Positions 27,451 to 35,833 of a stretch of DNA of 64,000 nt are shown in pieces. A program made the translations under genes and the position numbers. Within the stretch, counting starts at the first letter, position 1. Every line of letters begins with the position of its first letter. The DNA comes from a virus (Duplodnaviria > Caudoviricetes), in IMG/VR virus record IMGVR_UViG_3300046167_000801; one strand, written 5' to 3'. Below the pieces are notes generated by a model. It had not been told where the DNA came from and did not search any database. It saw only the letters and a list, made by a program, of their open reading frames with translations.

Positions 27451-28148
27451 GAATATTTTTAATTATATCGTTACTATTAAGTTTTACAGTTAAGGCTCAA
27501 TTAGGTAAAACAGAGACCGAAAATTATAAAGGTAAGTTTGAACAGGATATTGATATAGATGAGGTATCTGATTATATGTTAGATTACCAATTACCAATCC
27601 AAGTTTTAAATATTGGTTTTACACCGGAGTTATATGAATTTTACCCCGAATTAAGAGAAAATAGGGTGGGATTAGGTGTTAGTAACATAACTCTATCTTA
27701 TTTGGAATGGACTGATAGATTTTTATTTACGGAAGATAAAGAAGAAATTAAACAAAGAATGGTTAAACAACATAAGGCAGCTGCAAAAGGAATATCATCT
27801 AACGATATTAAGGTTGTGGGTAATGTTGTTTTAGCGGAGTATTTTGTTTATGTCGAAATATATGATTATTCGGTATCTGAAGAAGAGGAAGTTACAATTG
27901 ACGGGGTGAAGACCGTACTAAAAACTATTATTGGTATGCAGGTAAGATTTGTTAATGCTGAGAACGGTACCATTTTTACAGGAAGTGGAAGTGGTGAGGC
28001 GGTCACAATAAAAAGAACTAAAATTGGTTCCGTTAATGATGTAAAGTTCAATAAATCAACAATTGGTATTGCAACTAAAAAGGCGTTGGAATCTGGAACG
28101 GCTCGTATTGTAAAAAGAATGATTAAACGTGGGATATTTGAAGAATAA
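27444..28148 (+). CDS. CsgG/HfaB-like outer-membrane assembly/transport protein
   Basis: Signal peptide VKA|Q; VGLGVSNITLSYL..TDRF, AEYFVYVEIYDY, GMQVRFVNAENGTI, IGIATKKALE. Confidence 0.7.
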   Translation: MVRIFLIISLLLSFTVKAQLGKTETENYKGKFEQDIDIDEVSDYMLDYQLPIQVLNIGFTPELYEFYPELRENRVGLGVSNITLSYLEWTDRFLFTEDKEEIKQRMVKQHKAAAKGISSNDIKVVGNVVLAEYFVYVEIYDYSVSEEEEVTIDGVKTVLKTIIGMQVRFVNAENGTIFTGSGSGEAVTIKRTKIGSVNDVKFNKSTIGIATKKALESGTARIVKRMIKRGIFEE

Positions 28149-29478
28149 AATAATTGCGGTAATATTATTTTTATTACCATTGGTTGGTTACGGTCAGTGG
28201 TCCTACACGTTTACAGATCCCTGTACTTTAAATCAACAAACAATTCAGATGGGTTCAAGTGATGAAATTGTTCTGAATTATTTTGGTAACGTACAGACAT
28301 TCACACAGCTCGATTTTACTAATGGTACTTTTGATTCGTGGATGAACATAGTTACTCAATCTAACTCTTCAAACCCATGTCAAGAAATATCCCAAATAGT
28401 TACTAATAATACAAATGCAGTGATAGTTCAAAATACTATCACAGTAATTACAAATATAATGAGTGTTTTGGGTGGGGACATGTTACCACAGGCACTATCA
28501 TCATCAGGTGTCCCCGTGGCGGAGGCCATCGATAACGCATCAAAAAAGAAGAAGAAAAGAAAGAAGGGGAAGAATAATACTAAAACCGAAAATTCTAAAG
28601 AACAATCCGTAGGATCCAATAACAAAAGCGAGAATAGGGGTGAATCTAACAATAGTTCTGAACAGTCTAACGAATCAGGTTCTAATGAAACTAACGGTAG
28701 TCAAGGTAACACTAACGAAAACGGTACATCGACAGAAGGTAGTGAAACTGCGACTGAAGAGGAATCAAAAGAAGGTGGGTTAACCATGTCTTTGGCAAAT
28801 TCAGTTTCTAATGCAATAGATGGTGGAGAGTCAGACAATAAAAATAGAGGTTCACTAATAGCATCAGGAGATATCGTGGTTATTGATAACCAAGACAATT
28901 CGAATGGTCGACAAATAAAAGTGGTAGGATCTATTACAAGTGCGAATACAAAAAAGAGTAGAGTCCAAGGTGCGTTATTTACATACACAACCGTAACTAA
29001 TGATTTTAGTTTAACTTTCTACAAATCATGGATAAACCCAAATAGGACATTTAATTTAGTGGGTGCAAACACCACGATGACCAACTTTGATCAAAACCAT
29101 TTAAATACAACTACTGTTTTAGAATCATTTAAGTTTGGTAAAAAGAAATTTACGGGTATGGTGGGTGCTAATTTTACAATAGGTAAATTAGGTAAAAGAG
29201 AATTACAAAATCTATCCGCAGTCAGTGGTATTCATAGAAACTTTAGAGTAACTCCGAAGATCACAACATCGGCTCTAATATTGGGGGTGTATTCTCCATT
29301 CACACAGTATTATGAGGGTCAGTGGTGGGACCCTGGATTATTAATAGTACCATTTAGTTCTTGGGATATTCAAATCACAAAAACATTTAAATATAACATC
29401 AGTTTTACGGGAGTTTGGCAATCGGGAGGTAATGCATTAAACTATCAAGTTCTGACTGGTGGTAAAATCAGATTTTAA
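28129..29478 (+). CDS. Putative outer-membrane beta-barrel protein with S/N/E/G-rich linker
   Basis: Signal peptide GYG|Q; low-complexity linker; alternating beta strands; C-terminal aromatic ...GGKIRF (BAM-type signal). Confidence 0.6.
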   Translation: MGYLKNKIIAVILFLLPLVGYGQWSYTFTDPCTLNQQTIQMGSSDEIVLNYFGNVQTFTQLDFTNGTFDSWMNIVTQSNSSNPCQEISQIVTNNTNAVIVQNTITVITNIMSVLGGDMLPQALSSSGVPVAEAIDNASKKKKKRKKGKNNTKTENSKEQSVGSNNKSENRGESNNSSEQSNESGSNETNGSQGNTNENGTSTEGSETATEEESKEGGLTMSLANSVSNAIDGGESDNKNRGSLIASGDIVVIDNQDNSNGRQIKVVGSITSANTKKSRVQGALFTYTTVTNDFSLTFYKSWINPNRTFNLVGANTTMTNFDQNHLNTTTVLESFKFGKKKFTGMVGANFTIGKLGKRELQNLSAVSGIHRNFRVTPKITTSALILGVYSPFTQYYEGQWWDPGLLIVPFSSWDIQITKTFKYNISFTGVWQSGGNALNYQVLTGGKIRF

Positions 29479-29480
29479 TT

Positions 29481-29918
29481 ATGAAAAATTTACTAATACT
29501 CTTATTATTCCCAACCCTATTATTTTCACAGGTTGATTGTTATTCTATTAAATCAGTAACCACTGAAATTGAAATGGAAGAAATCAGTAAAAGAAGGATT
29601 ACATTCGGTATAAAACAGATGATGGAAGACATTATCTCAGATAAATACAATTTATGTATGGATGGTAAACCGATTGATGTTATTGTACAATCAATAGAGT
29701 CCCCTCAAACAGGGATCCAACTTGGTCCATGGACGAAAGTGAGTAAAAAAACAATTGTTACTTTACTGATCTACATGGACGGGGAAGTGATTGAGGTGGA
29801 AGGAAGAGCCAAATCTACGGTAGAGTCCACATTTATAGATTTACAAAATGATGATATACCTTTTGATAAGACAACATTTTCATCCGCTGTTAAGAAGGCA
29901 ATAGAAAAGGGGATATAA
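29481..29918 (+). CDS. Exported protein, probable short CsgG/TolB_N-like fold
   Basis: Signal peptide LFS|Q; C-terminal TTFSSAVKKAIE parallels STIGIATKKALE of 27444-28148. Confidence 0.55.
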   Translation: MKNLLILLLFPTLLFSQVDCYSIKSVTTEIEMEEISKRRITFGIKQMMEDIISDKYNLCMDGKPIDVIVQSIESPQTGIQLGPWTKVSKKTIVTLLIYMDGEVIEVEGRAKSTVESTFIDLQNDDIPFDKTTFSSAVKKAIEKGI

Positions 29919-29948
29919 AAAAACCCCAACAAGGTTTGCTGGGGTTTT
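29917..29948. terminator. Bidirectional terminator
   Basis: AAAAAAACCCC...GGGGTTTT. Confidence 0.8.
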
Positions 29949-30021
29949 AGGTCTATACTGGTTTCAACACCAATAATTTAACGAGAAAAAACGAAAAGGT
30001 ATTCGACAAAGAGTACCTTTG
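29949..30021. ncRNA. Candidate small RNA (element B), related to 19842-19940
   Basis: AGGTC-N26-AACGAGAAAAAACGAAAAGG-TAT-TCGACAAAG hairpin; bounded by terminator and TATAAATA at 30025-30032. Confidence 0.35.
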
Positions 30022-30063
30022 ATGTATAAATATATATATTTTTTAAAAAAGTCAAGTTTTTAG

Positions 30064-32079
30064 TTAAATCAGGGGAATATTTTTTGATAATTCCATGTTT
30101 CCGTCTTTAATTTTTAAGATGAAATCGGAATTCTCCGTAATCTCACCTTCTAAAATCTTATCACTTATAAAATCCTCACACAGGTTTTGTATGATTCGTT
30201 TTATTGGTCTCGCACCATACTCTTCTTCAGAATTTCTATTTAAAACTTCTTGACTTACACTACGATCAAATTTTATTTTGTAATCACTCTCGATAAGTCT
30301 TTTTGATAATTTATTTAACTCGATAGTGATAATTTTTTTAAGTGACTTATCTTGTAGTTTATTGAATACAATAATATCATCGATTCTATTTAAGAATTCA
30401 GGACTAAATTTTTGTTTCAATGATTTTTTAATGATTGAGTCTTTTACTTTAGCCCTATCACCGTCAGATGTAAAACCTACACCCCCACCAAAATCGGCAA
30501 CTTTCTTAGCACCGACGTTCGACGTCATTATTATCAAAGTATTAGTAAAATTTACTTTCCTACCAAATGAATCTGTTAACCTACCCTCATCCAATATTTG
30601 AAGTAGGATATTGAAGACATCTTTATGTGCCTTTTCTATTTCGTCAAATAAGACAACTGAAAATGGATTATTCTTAATTTTCTCGGTTAACTGACCACCT
30701 TCTTCAAATCCGACATAACCCGGAGGAGACCCAATTAGTTTGGAAACATTGTGTTTTTCCATGAATTCACTCATATCTACCCTTATAATCTTGTCGGGAT
30801 CTCCAAATAAGGTATTGGCTAATGTTTTTGCTAAGTGTGTTTTACCCACACCAGTAGATCCTAAGAACATGAAAGAACCAATAGGTTTATTATGACCCTT
30901 AACACCAACCCTATTTCTTCTTATTGATTTTGATATGATCTCAACGGCATCGTCTTGTCCAATAACATTTTTGGATATTGTTTTCTCTAAAGATAATAGT
31001 GATTTGGTTTCCTTAGTATCTAATTTATTAATTGGTACCCCTGTGATGTCGGTAATAATATTATAAACATCGTCCACTGAAATAGGTTTCTTATTTAGTT
31101 GTTGTTCTTTATTCCATTTTTTCTTTTCATTATCTAATTTCTTGAGGATCTTTCTTTCTTGATCTCTAAGGTTTGCTGCCTTTTCGTAATCCTGATTCTT
31201 TACAACTTCTAATTTTTTAATTCTAATAGATTCACAACTTTTTTTCAGTTTCTCTATAGATTCTGGTATCTTAATATTTATTTTTTTCTGTGATCCTAAT
31301 TCATCCAAAACATCGATAGCCTTATCAGGGAATTGTTTGTCCGTAATAAATCGTTTACATAACTTCACAATAGTTTCAATTACGTCTTTTTGATAATCGA
31401 CTCTATGATAGTCCTCATAAGAATCTTTTAAATTCTTTAAAATATCGATAGTTTCTACCGTTGTCGGTTCTTCTAATATAATCTTTTGGAATCTTCTTAC
31501 AAGAGCACCGTCCTTCTCAATATTTTTCTTATACTCATCGAAAGTGGTTGCCCCTATACATTGTATCTCACCTCTTGCAAGTGCCGGTTTAAGTATGTTA
31601 GCGGCATCCATAGAACCCGAAGCGTTACCCGCACCAACCATGGTGTGTATCTCGTCAATGAAAATAATCACATTAGGTGCGTCTTGTAGTTCGTTTAGAA
31701 TTACTTTAATTCTTTCTTCAAATTGACCTCTATATTTTGTCCCCGCAACTAAAGACGTTAAATCCAACGACATAATCCTTTTATCTAAAAGATTGGTAGG
31801 ACAGTTACCCGCACTTATAAGTAGTGCAAGTTTTTCCACTAATGCGGATTTACCAACTCCCGCTTCACCAACAATGACAACATTGTTTTTCTTTTTACGA
31901 GATAATATTTGTGCAATACGATGTACCTCTTTATCTCTACCAATGATAGGATCGATATCCCCATCTAATGCTAATTGTGTTAGGTCTCGTGAAAAATTAT
32001 CTAAAACTGGCGTCTTACTACCTTTCTTACCTCTTTTACTTTGGGACTGTGTTCCCTCTTCGAAAAAATCTACTGACAT
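30064..32079 (-). CDS. clpC: ClpC-like Hsp100 AAA+ ATPase lacking the N-terminal Clp_N domain
   Basis: Two AAA modules (GEAGVGKS; GSTGVGKT), IDEIH, UVR middle domain QDYEKAANLRD, ClpP-docking-type VGF loop. Confidence 0.9.
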   Translation of the reverse strand: MSVDFFEEGTQSQSKRGKKGSKTPVLDNFSRDLTQLALDGDIDPIIGRDKEVHRIAQILSRKKKNNVVIVGEAGVGKSALVEKLALLISAGNCPTNLLDKRIMSLDLTSLVAGTKYRGQFEERIKVILNELQDAPNVIIFIDEIHTMVGAGNASGSMDAANILKPALARGEIQCIGATTFDEYKKNIEKDGALVRRFQKIILEEPTTVETIDILKNLKDSYEDYHRVDYQKDVIETIVKLCKRFITDKQFPDKAIDVLDELGSQKKINIKIPESIEKLKKSCESIRIKKLEVVKNQDYEKAANLRDQERKILKKLDNEKKKWNKEQQLNKKPISVDDVYNIITDITGVPINKLDTKETKSLLSLEKTISKNVIGQDDAVEIISKSIRRNRVGVKGHNKPIGSFMFLGSTGVGKTHLAKTLANTLFGDPDKIIRVDMSEFMEKHNVSKLIGSPPGYVGFEEGGQLTEKIKNNPFSVVLFDEIEKAHKDVFNILLQILDEGRLTDSFGRKVNFTNTLIIMTSNVGAKKVADFGGGVGFTSDGDRAKVKDSIIKKSLKQKFSPEFLNRIDDIIVFNKLQDKSLKKIITIELNKLSKRLIESDYKIKFDRSVSQEVLNRNSEEEYGARPIKRIIQNLCEDFISDKILEGEITENSDFILKIKDGNMELSKNIPLI

Positions 32080-32154
32080 ATATTAAAAGTGTTTTAAATA
32101 AAGATACATAAAATTGTTCCAAAAGTCAAACAATACCCCATATGATTTACTACT

Positions 32155-32199
32155 TGACAATATGTCACGTATAATGATTATATTTGTGACAGAATGTCT
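32155..32199. promoter_or_regulatory. Paired TGACA-N3-TGTCA palindromes in the clpC/hsp20 divergent promoter
   Basis: TGACAATATGTCA (32155-32167) and TGACAGAATGTCT (32187-32199), 32 bp apart, flanking TATATTTG (32179-32186). Confidence 0.55.
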
Positions 32200-32264
32200 C
32201 ATTTATGGTATTGGTATTCATTTTGTTCTTATGTGTTTAATAAAAAAAATTAAAAAATTAAATT

Positions 32265-32636
32265 ATGATTTTATTTAGAAACGATCCATGGATCAAATTT
32301 GTTGATGAGTTTTTCGACTCTAAAACTGAGACCACTCAAAGTGGTCGTGTCAATGTACATAGACATGAGGATGAGAATAAGTATGAATTACAATTTCTTG
32401 TTCCGGGTCTTAATAAAAACGATATCAATATCGTGGTTGAAGAGGACTTACTTAAGGTCAATTATAGTAGAACTGAGGATTCCACTGATTATATGGGTTC
32501 ATTTGAAAGAACTTATACTTTACCTGACGATATTGATGAAAAGAAGATTGACGCTAAAGTTAAAGATGGGATACTCTACATAAATTTCCCTAAGAGTAAG
32601 AAAAAAACTAAACAAAGAACTATTTCAGTTTCATAA
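32265..32636 (+). CDS. Small heat shock protein Hsp20
   Basis: YELQFLVPGLNKNDINI, GSFERTYTLPDDIDEKKIDAKVKDGILYINFPK. Confidence 0.95.
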   Translation: MILFRNDPWIKFVDEFFDSKTETTQSGRVNVHRHEDENKYELQFLVPGLNKNDINIVVEEDLLKVNYSRTEDSTDYMGSFERTYTLPDDIDEKKIDAKVKDGILYINFPKSKKKTKQRTISVS

Positions 32637-32663
32637 ATTAGACCCCCGATTAGGGGGTTTAAT
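32637..32663 (+). terminator. Terminator after hsp20
   Basis: ATTAGACCCCC-GATTA-GGGGGTTTAAT. Confidence 0.8.
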
Positions 32664-32746
32664 TTTTATTAGATATTTATAGGATACATCGGACTAACTT
32701 GACTTTGTCTGTTTAAATTGTTATATTAAAATTAAAATAATAAGTT

Positions 32747-32989
32747 ATGGCAATTACATCAGAGAAAATCAACGGAAAAGAGATTCTTGTAGAGATAGAG
32801 TCATCTAATCTAAAGTCCGCATCTTACAATACGGAAGATGAAACATTAAAAATCACTTTTAAAAGTGGTGTTGTTTATGAGTATTATAAAGTTCCGTGGG
32901 AAAAGTTTACGAAACTTAGGATGGCGGAATCGCAAGGTAGATTTTTTAATTTAAATATTGGGAGATCTTATGAGTACAAGAAACTGTAA
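32747..32989 (+). CDS. KTSC domain protein
   Basis: IESSNLKSASYN...LKITFKSGVVYEYYKVP...AESQGRFFN. Confidence 0.9.
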   Translation: MAITSEKINGKEILVEIESSNLKSASYNTEDETLKITFKSGVVYEYYKVPWEKFTKLRMAESQGRFFNLNIGRSYEYKKL

Positions 32990-33756
32990 TGGAAAACAAA
33001 CAGATTGTTGATGAACTAATTGAGGAAATCGGTAACAATCAAGAGATAGTCAAATCTTTTGAAGTAAGGGATTCATTGTCTAATGACATTTTTGATGTCA
33101 AGGATGGTGAATTTTTTATGCATGACGAAATAAGAAAGAAACTTATGGATGTTACAGAAAAATTCATGGATTACTTAGATATAGAATTTTTTATACACGA
33201 TGTAATTTTAACGGGGTCACTCGCAAACTATAATTGGTCAAAATACTCAGATGTGGATTTACACATATTAGTGGATTACGATGAGACGGATTATAATTTA
33301 GACCTTCTAAAAGGTTTTTTTAATAGTAAAAGAAGTCTTTGGAATAAACAACATGAAATTTTAGTTAAAGGGTTTGATTGTGAAATTTACGTTCAAGATG
33401 TAAATGAACCACATCATGCCTCAGGTATCTATTCTGTATTAAATGATGAGTGGGTAGTAACCCCCGTTAAAACAGTGCAGTCAATTGATAAAAATATGAT
33501 ATTAAAAAAATCAGAAGATTTTGAAGATAGAATCGATGATATATCGGAAAGGTTCGATAAAGGAGAGGATGTTTTAGAAGACATAAAACTCCTAAAAGTT
33601 AAACTAAAAAAGTTTAGACAAAGTGGTTTGGATGACGGTGGAGAGTTTTCTTATGAGAATTTGGCATTCAAATTATTAAGAAGAAATGGGTATATAGGGA
33701 AGTTGTTAGATATCCAAACTAAAACCACAGATAAGAAATTATCTATAGAACAATAG
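32989..33756 (+). CDS. Pol-beta superfamily nucleotidyltransferase
   Basis: ILTGSLANYNWSKYSDVDLHIL (GS...DxD); GEFSYENLAFKLLRR. Confidence 0.8.
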   Translation: MENKQIVDELIEEIGNNQEIVKSFEVRDSLSNDIFDVKDGEFFMHDEIRKKLMDVTEKFMDYLDIEFFIHDVILTGSLANYNWSKYSDVDLHILVDYDETDYNLDLLKGFFNSKRSLWNKQHEILVKGFDCEIYVQDVNEPHHASGIYSVLNDEWVVTPVKTVQSIDKNMILKKSEDFEDRIDDISERFDKGEDVLEDIKLLKVKLKKFRQSGLDDGGEFSYENLAFKLLRRNGYIGKLLDIQTKTTDKKLSIEQ

Positions 33757-33826
33757 AGATCAATATATTTTTCTCGATATTGTTGTATTTATAGTATAAG
33801 AATAAGTTATAAATAATTATTTAAAT

Positions 33827-34861
33827 ATGTCAGATCTAAGACCATTGGGTAGTGAAAAATTACCTGTAGACGAAAAATTAAAAAGAATTATGGAGATTGC
33901 CAATTATGGTATATCTCAAAAATCCAACATTACTGAAGGAAATTCTACTAAGTCAGTTCAATTCATTAAAGAATCATCTAACGGTGTGTACGGTATAGTA
34001 AAAGAAAAAGAAGGTTATTTCGTAAAGAAAGGTCTTACAGAAGGTTCTTTAGATTATATCGGAGGTATTTTTATGAAAAATAAAAATAAATTCAAATCAT
34101 ACTCTGAGGCATTAAAAAGATTAGAACTCATTAGTGGACAGGAATCATTAAACGAAGCAAAAAAATACGTATTAAAGACTAAGGACTCAGAACCTGTGGC
34201 CGATGCTCCTGTAGAGGACGTACCCGCAGAACCTGTAGCTGACGCTCCTGTAGATGATGCACCTATCGATGATTTACCACCGGCAGATTCAGGTATAGAA
34301 GACGAAATACCGTCTGATGAACCTGCGATGGAACCTGAAGGTGAGGAAGAAGGTAAGAGATCGGATTATATGGCCGACATTCAAAAATTCTCTGGTAAAT
34401 TAGGACAAGCATTGAGAGATGTAAAAGAAAAAATGGAAAGTGATGATATTAAGTATGTTATCAACATGGTTCTTTCAGCTGTCAATATTGATTCGTTAGA
34501 TGAGGAAGATAGAGAAGAAATTGCAGAAAGATTTGAACCTAAAGATGATTTCTCAGACGAAGAAGGAATGGATGATATTCCATCTGAAGACTCAGACATG
34601 GAAGGTGAATTACCATCTGACGAAGAATTAGATGAGATAATGGATAAATTAGAAAGTTTTGTTGATGCACCTATTGAGGAAACAAGTGATTTACCCGAAC
34701 CAGAAGAAATAGAAGAAAAAAGAATCGAAGACATTGCAGATTTAAGCGTGAGACACGAAGAAGTATCTGAAATGGAAGAAGACGTAGAACTTGATTTAGA
34801 TGAACTCAAAAAGGAAATTAACAAAAATGTTGATGATACTTTGAGTAAATATTTTAAGTAA
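33827..34861 (+). CDS. Acidic putative head-associated/internal virion protein
   Basis: Late motif upstream; P/D/E-rich repeats (EPVADAPV x2); adjacent to packaging module. Confidence 0.7.
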   Translation: MSDLRPLGSEKLPVDEKLKRIMEIANYGISQKSNITEGNSTKSVQFIKESSNGVYGIVKEKEGYFVKKGLTEGSLDYIGGIFMKNKNKFKSYSEALKRLELISGQESLNEAKKYVLKTKDSEPVADAPVEDVPAEPVADAPVDDAPIDDLPPADSGIEDEIPSDEPAMEPEGEEEGKRSDYMADIQKFSGKLGQALRDVKEKMESDDIKYVINMVLSAVNIDSLDEEDREEIAERFEPKDDFSDEEGMDDIPSEDSDMEGELPSDEELDEIMDKLESFVDAPIEETSDLPEPEEIEEKRIEDIADLSVRHEEVSEMEEDVELDLDELKKEINKNVDDTLSKYFK

Positions 34862-34862
34862 T

Positions 34863-35267
34863 ATGAGACTTATCTATATCAATGAAATTGGAGCTGACTA
34901 TAAAGGTCAGAAACAATATGAATTTATTTTTAGTGATCAACTCGAATTTGATATAGAGGAGTGGTACCATATACCCGCATCTACGTGTACAGAAACACTA
35001 TCTCCCCATTTAGAATATATTAGTTTAGTTGGTGTACTTAAAAATAGTGACATTGATTTAGATCTAATACAAAAATCAGATTACTTTGGTGTAATTGATG
35101 CCGTAGACGGTGTGATTTCATTGGGGTGGGAAAAGTTTGATTTCGAAAGTGAGTTTGAAAGACTTACTTTTTCATTTGGTGAAAAAATAGATAAGGTTAG
35201 TGAAAAAATAGAATCAAGAGGTTTTAAACTAATAAAAGAAGAATTAAATTATAATACGGGAATATGA
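34863..35267 (+). CDS. Conserved hypothetical phage protein
   Basis: 134-aa ORF in late operon. Confidence 0.75.
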   Translation: MRLIYINEIGADYKGQKQYEFIFSDQLEFDIEEWYHIPASTCTETLSPHLEYISLVGVLKNSDIDLDLIQKSDYFGVIDAVDGVISLGWEKFDFESEFERLTFSFGEKIDKVSEKIESRGFKLIKEELNYNTGI

Positions 35268-35833
35268 AAAGAAACGTAATAGTATCAAAACTTTTAAATG
35301 AGGGGTTCACTGAGAAGTTCCTTTCTAAATTGACGGATAAACAAATTACTGAATTATCTAATAGAATTTTATCTGAAGAAACTTTGAATATACCTAAGGA
35401 CGATACACAAGGTGTGGAAGACGCAAAAAGAAAAGGTGAAAAATTTGTTACCTATGAAGAAGAAACTGAAGAAGACGAAGAATTAGGGGAAGAAGAAACA
35501 AGTATCGAAGAATGGGTAGAAGGTGTGGTTAAAGAAAACTATCATACAGAGGTTACAACTAAAAAGGAGATATATGAGATGATTGGTGCACTTTCAGACT
35601 CACCTGATGCATTAGCTGCGGCTCAAAATTATTTTAGTGTGGACGAACAGTCACCTGAACCATCTAAACCAGATACTGATGCACCTGTAAGAGAAAAACC
35701 AAGTACGAGACCAGGTAAACCAAAAAGAGAAAATCCTTTTGAACCAAAACATAAACCAAAACCTAAAGCTAAGTTACCAAAACAACTAAGTTTTGATTCT
35801 ATAGGTCTTAATTTAAAAATGGCGGCAGAATGA
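35264..35833 (+). CDS. Hypothetical protein (acidic centre, Pro/Lys-rich end)
   Basis: Overlapping start/stop with neighbours. Confidence 0.75.
   Translation: MKRNVIVSKLLNEGFTEKFLSKLTDKQITELSNRILSEETLNIPKDDTQGVEDAKRKGEKFVTYEEETEEDEELGEEETSIEEWVEGVVKENYHTEVTTKKEIYEMIGALSDSPDALAAAQNYFSVDEQSPEPSKPDTDAPVREKPSTRPGKPKRENPFEPKHKPKPKAKLPKQLSFDSIGLNLKMAAE

Noticed and set aside
32154-32175. TTGACA...TATAAT sigma70-like promoter
   Set aside because: Spacer is only 10 nt; better explained by the TGACA palindrome.
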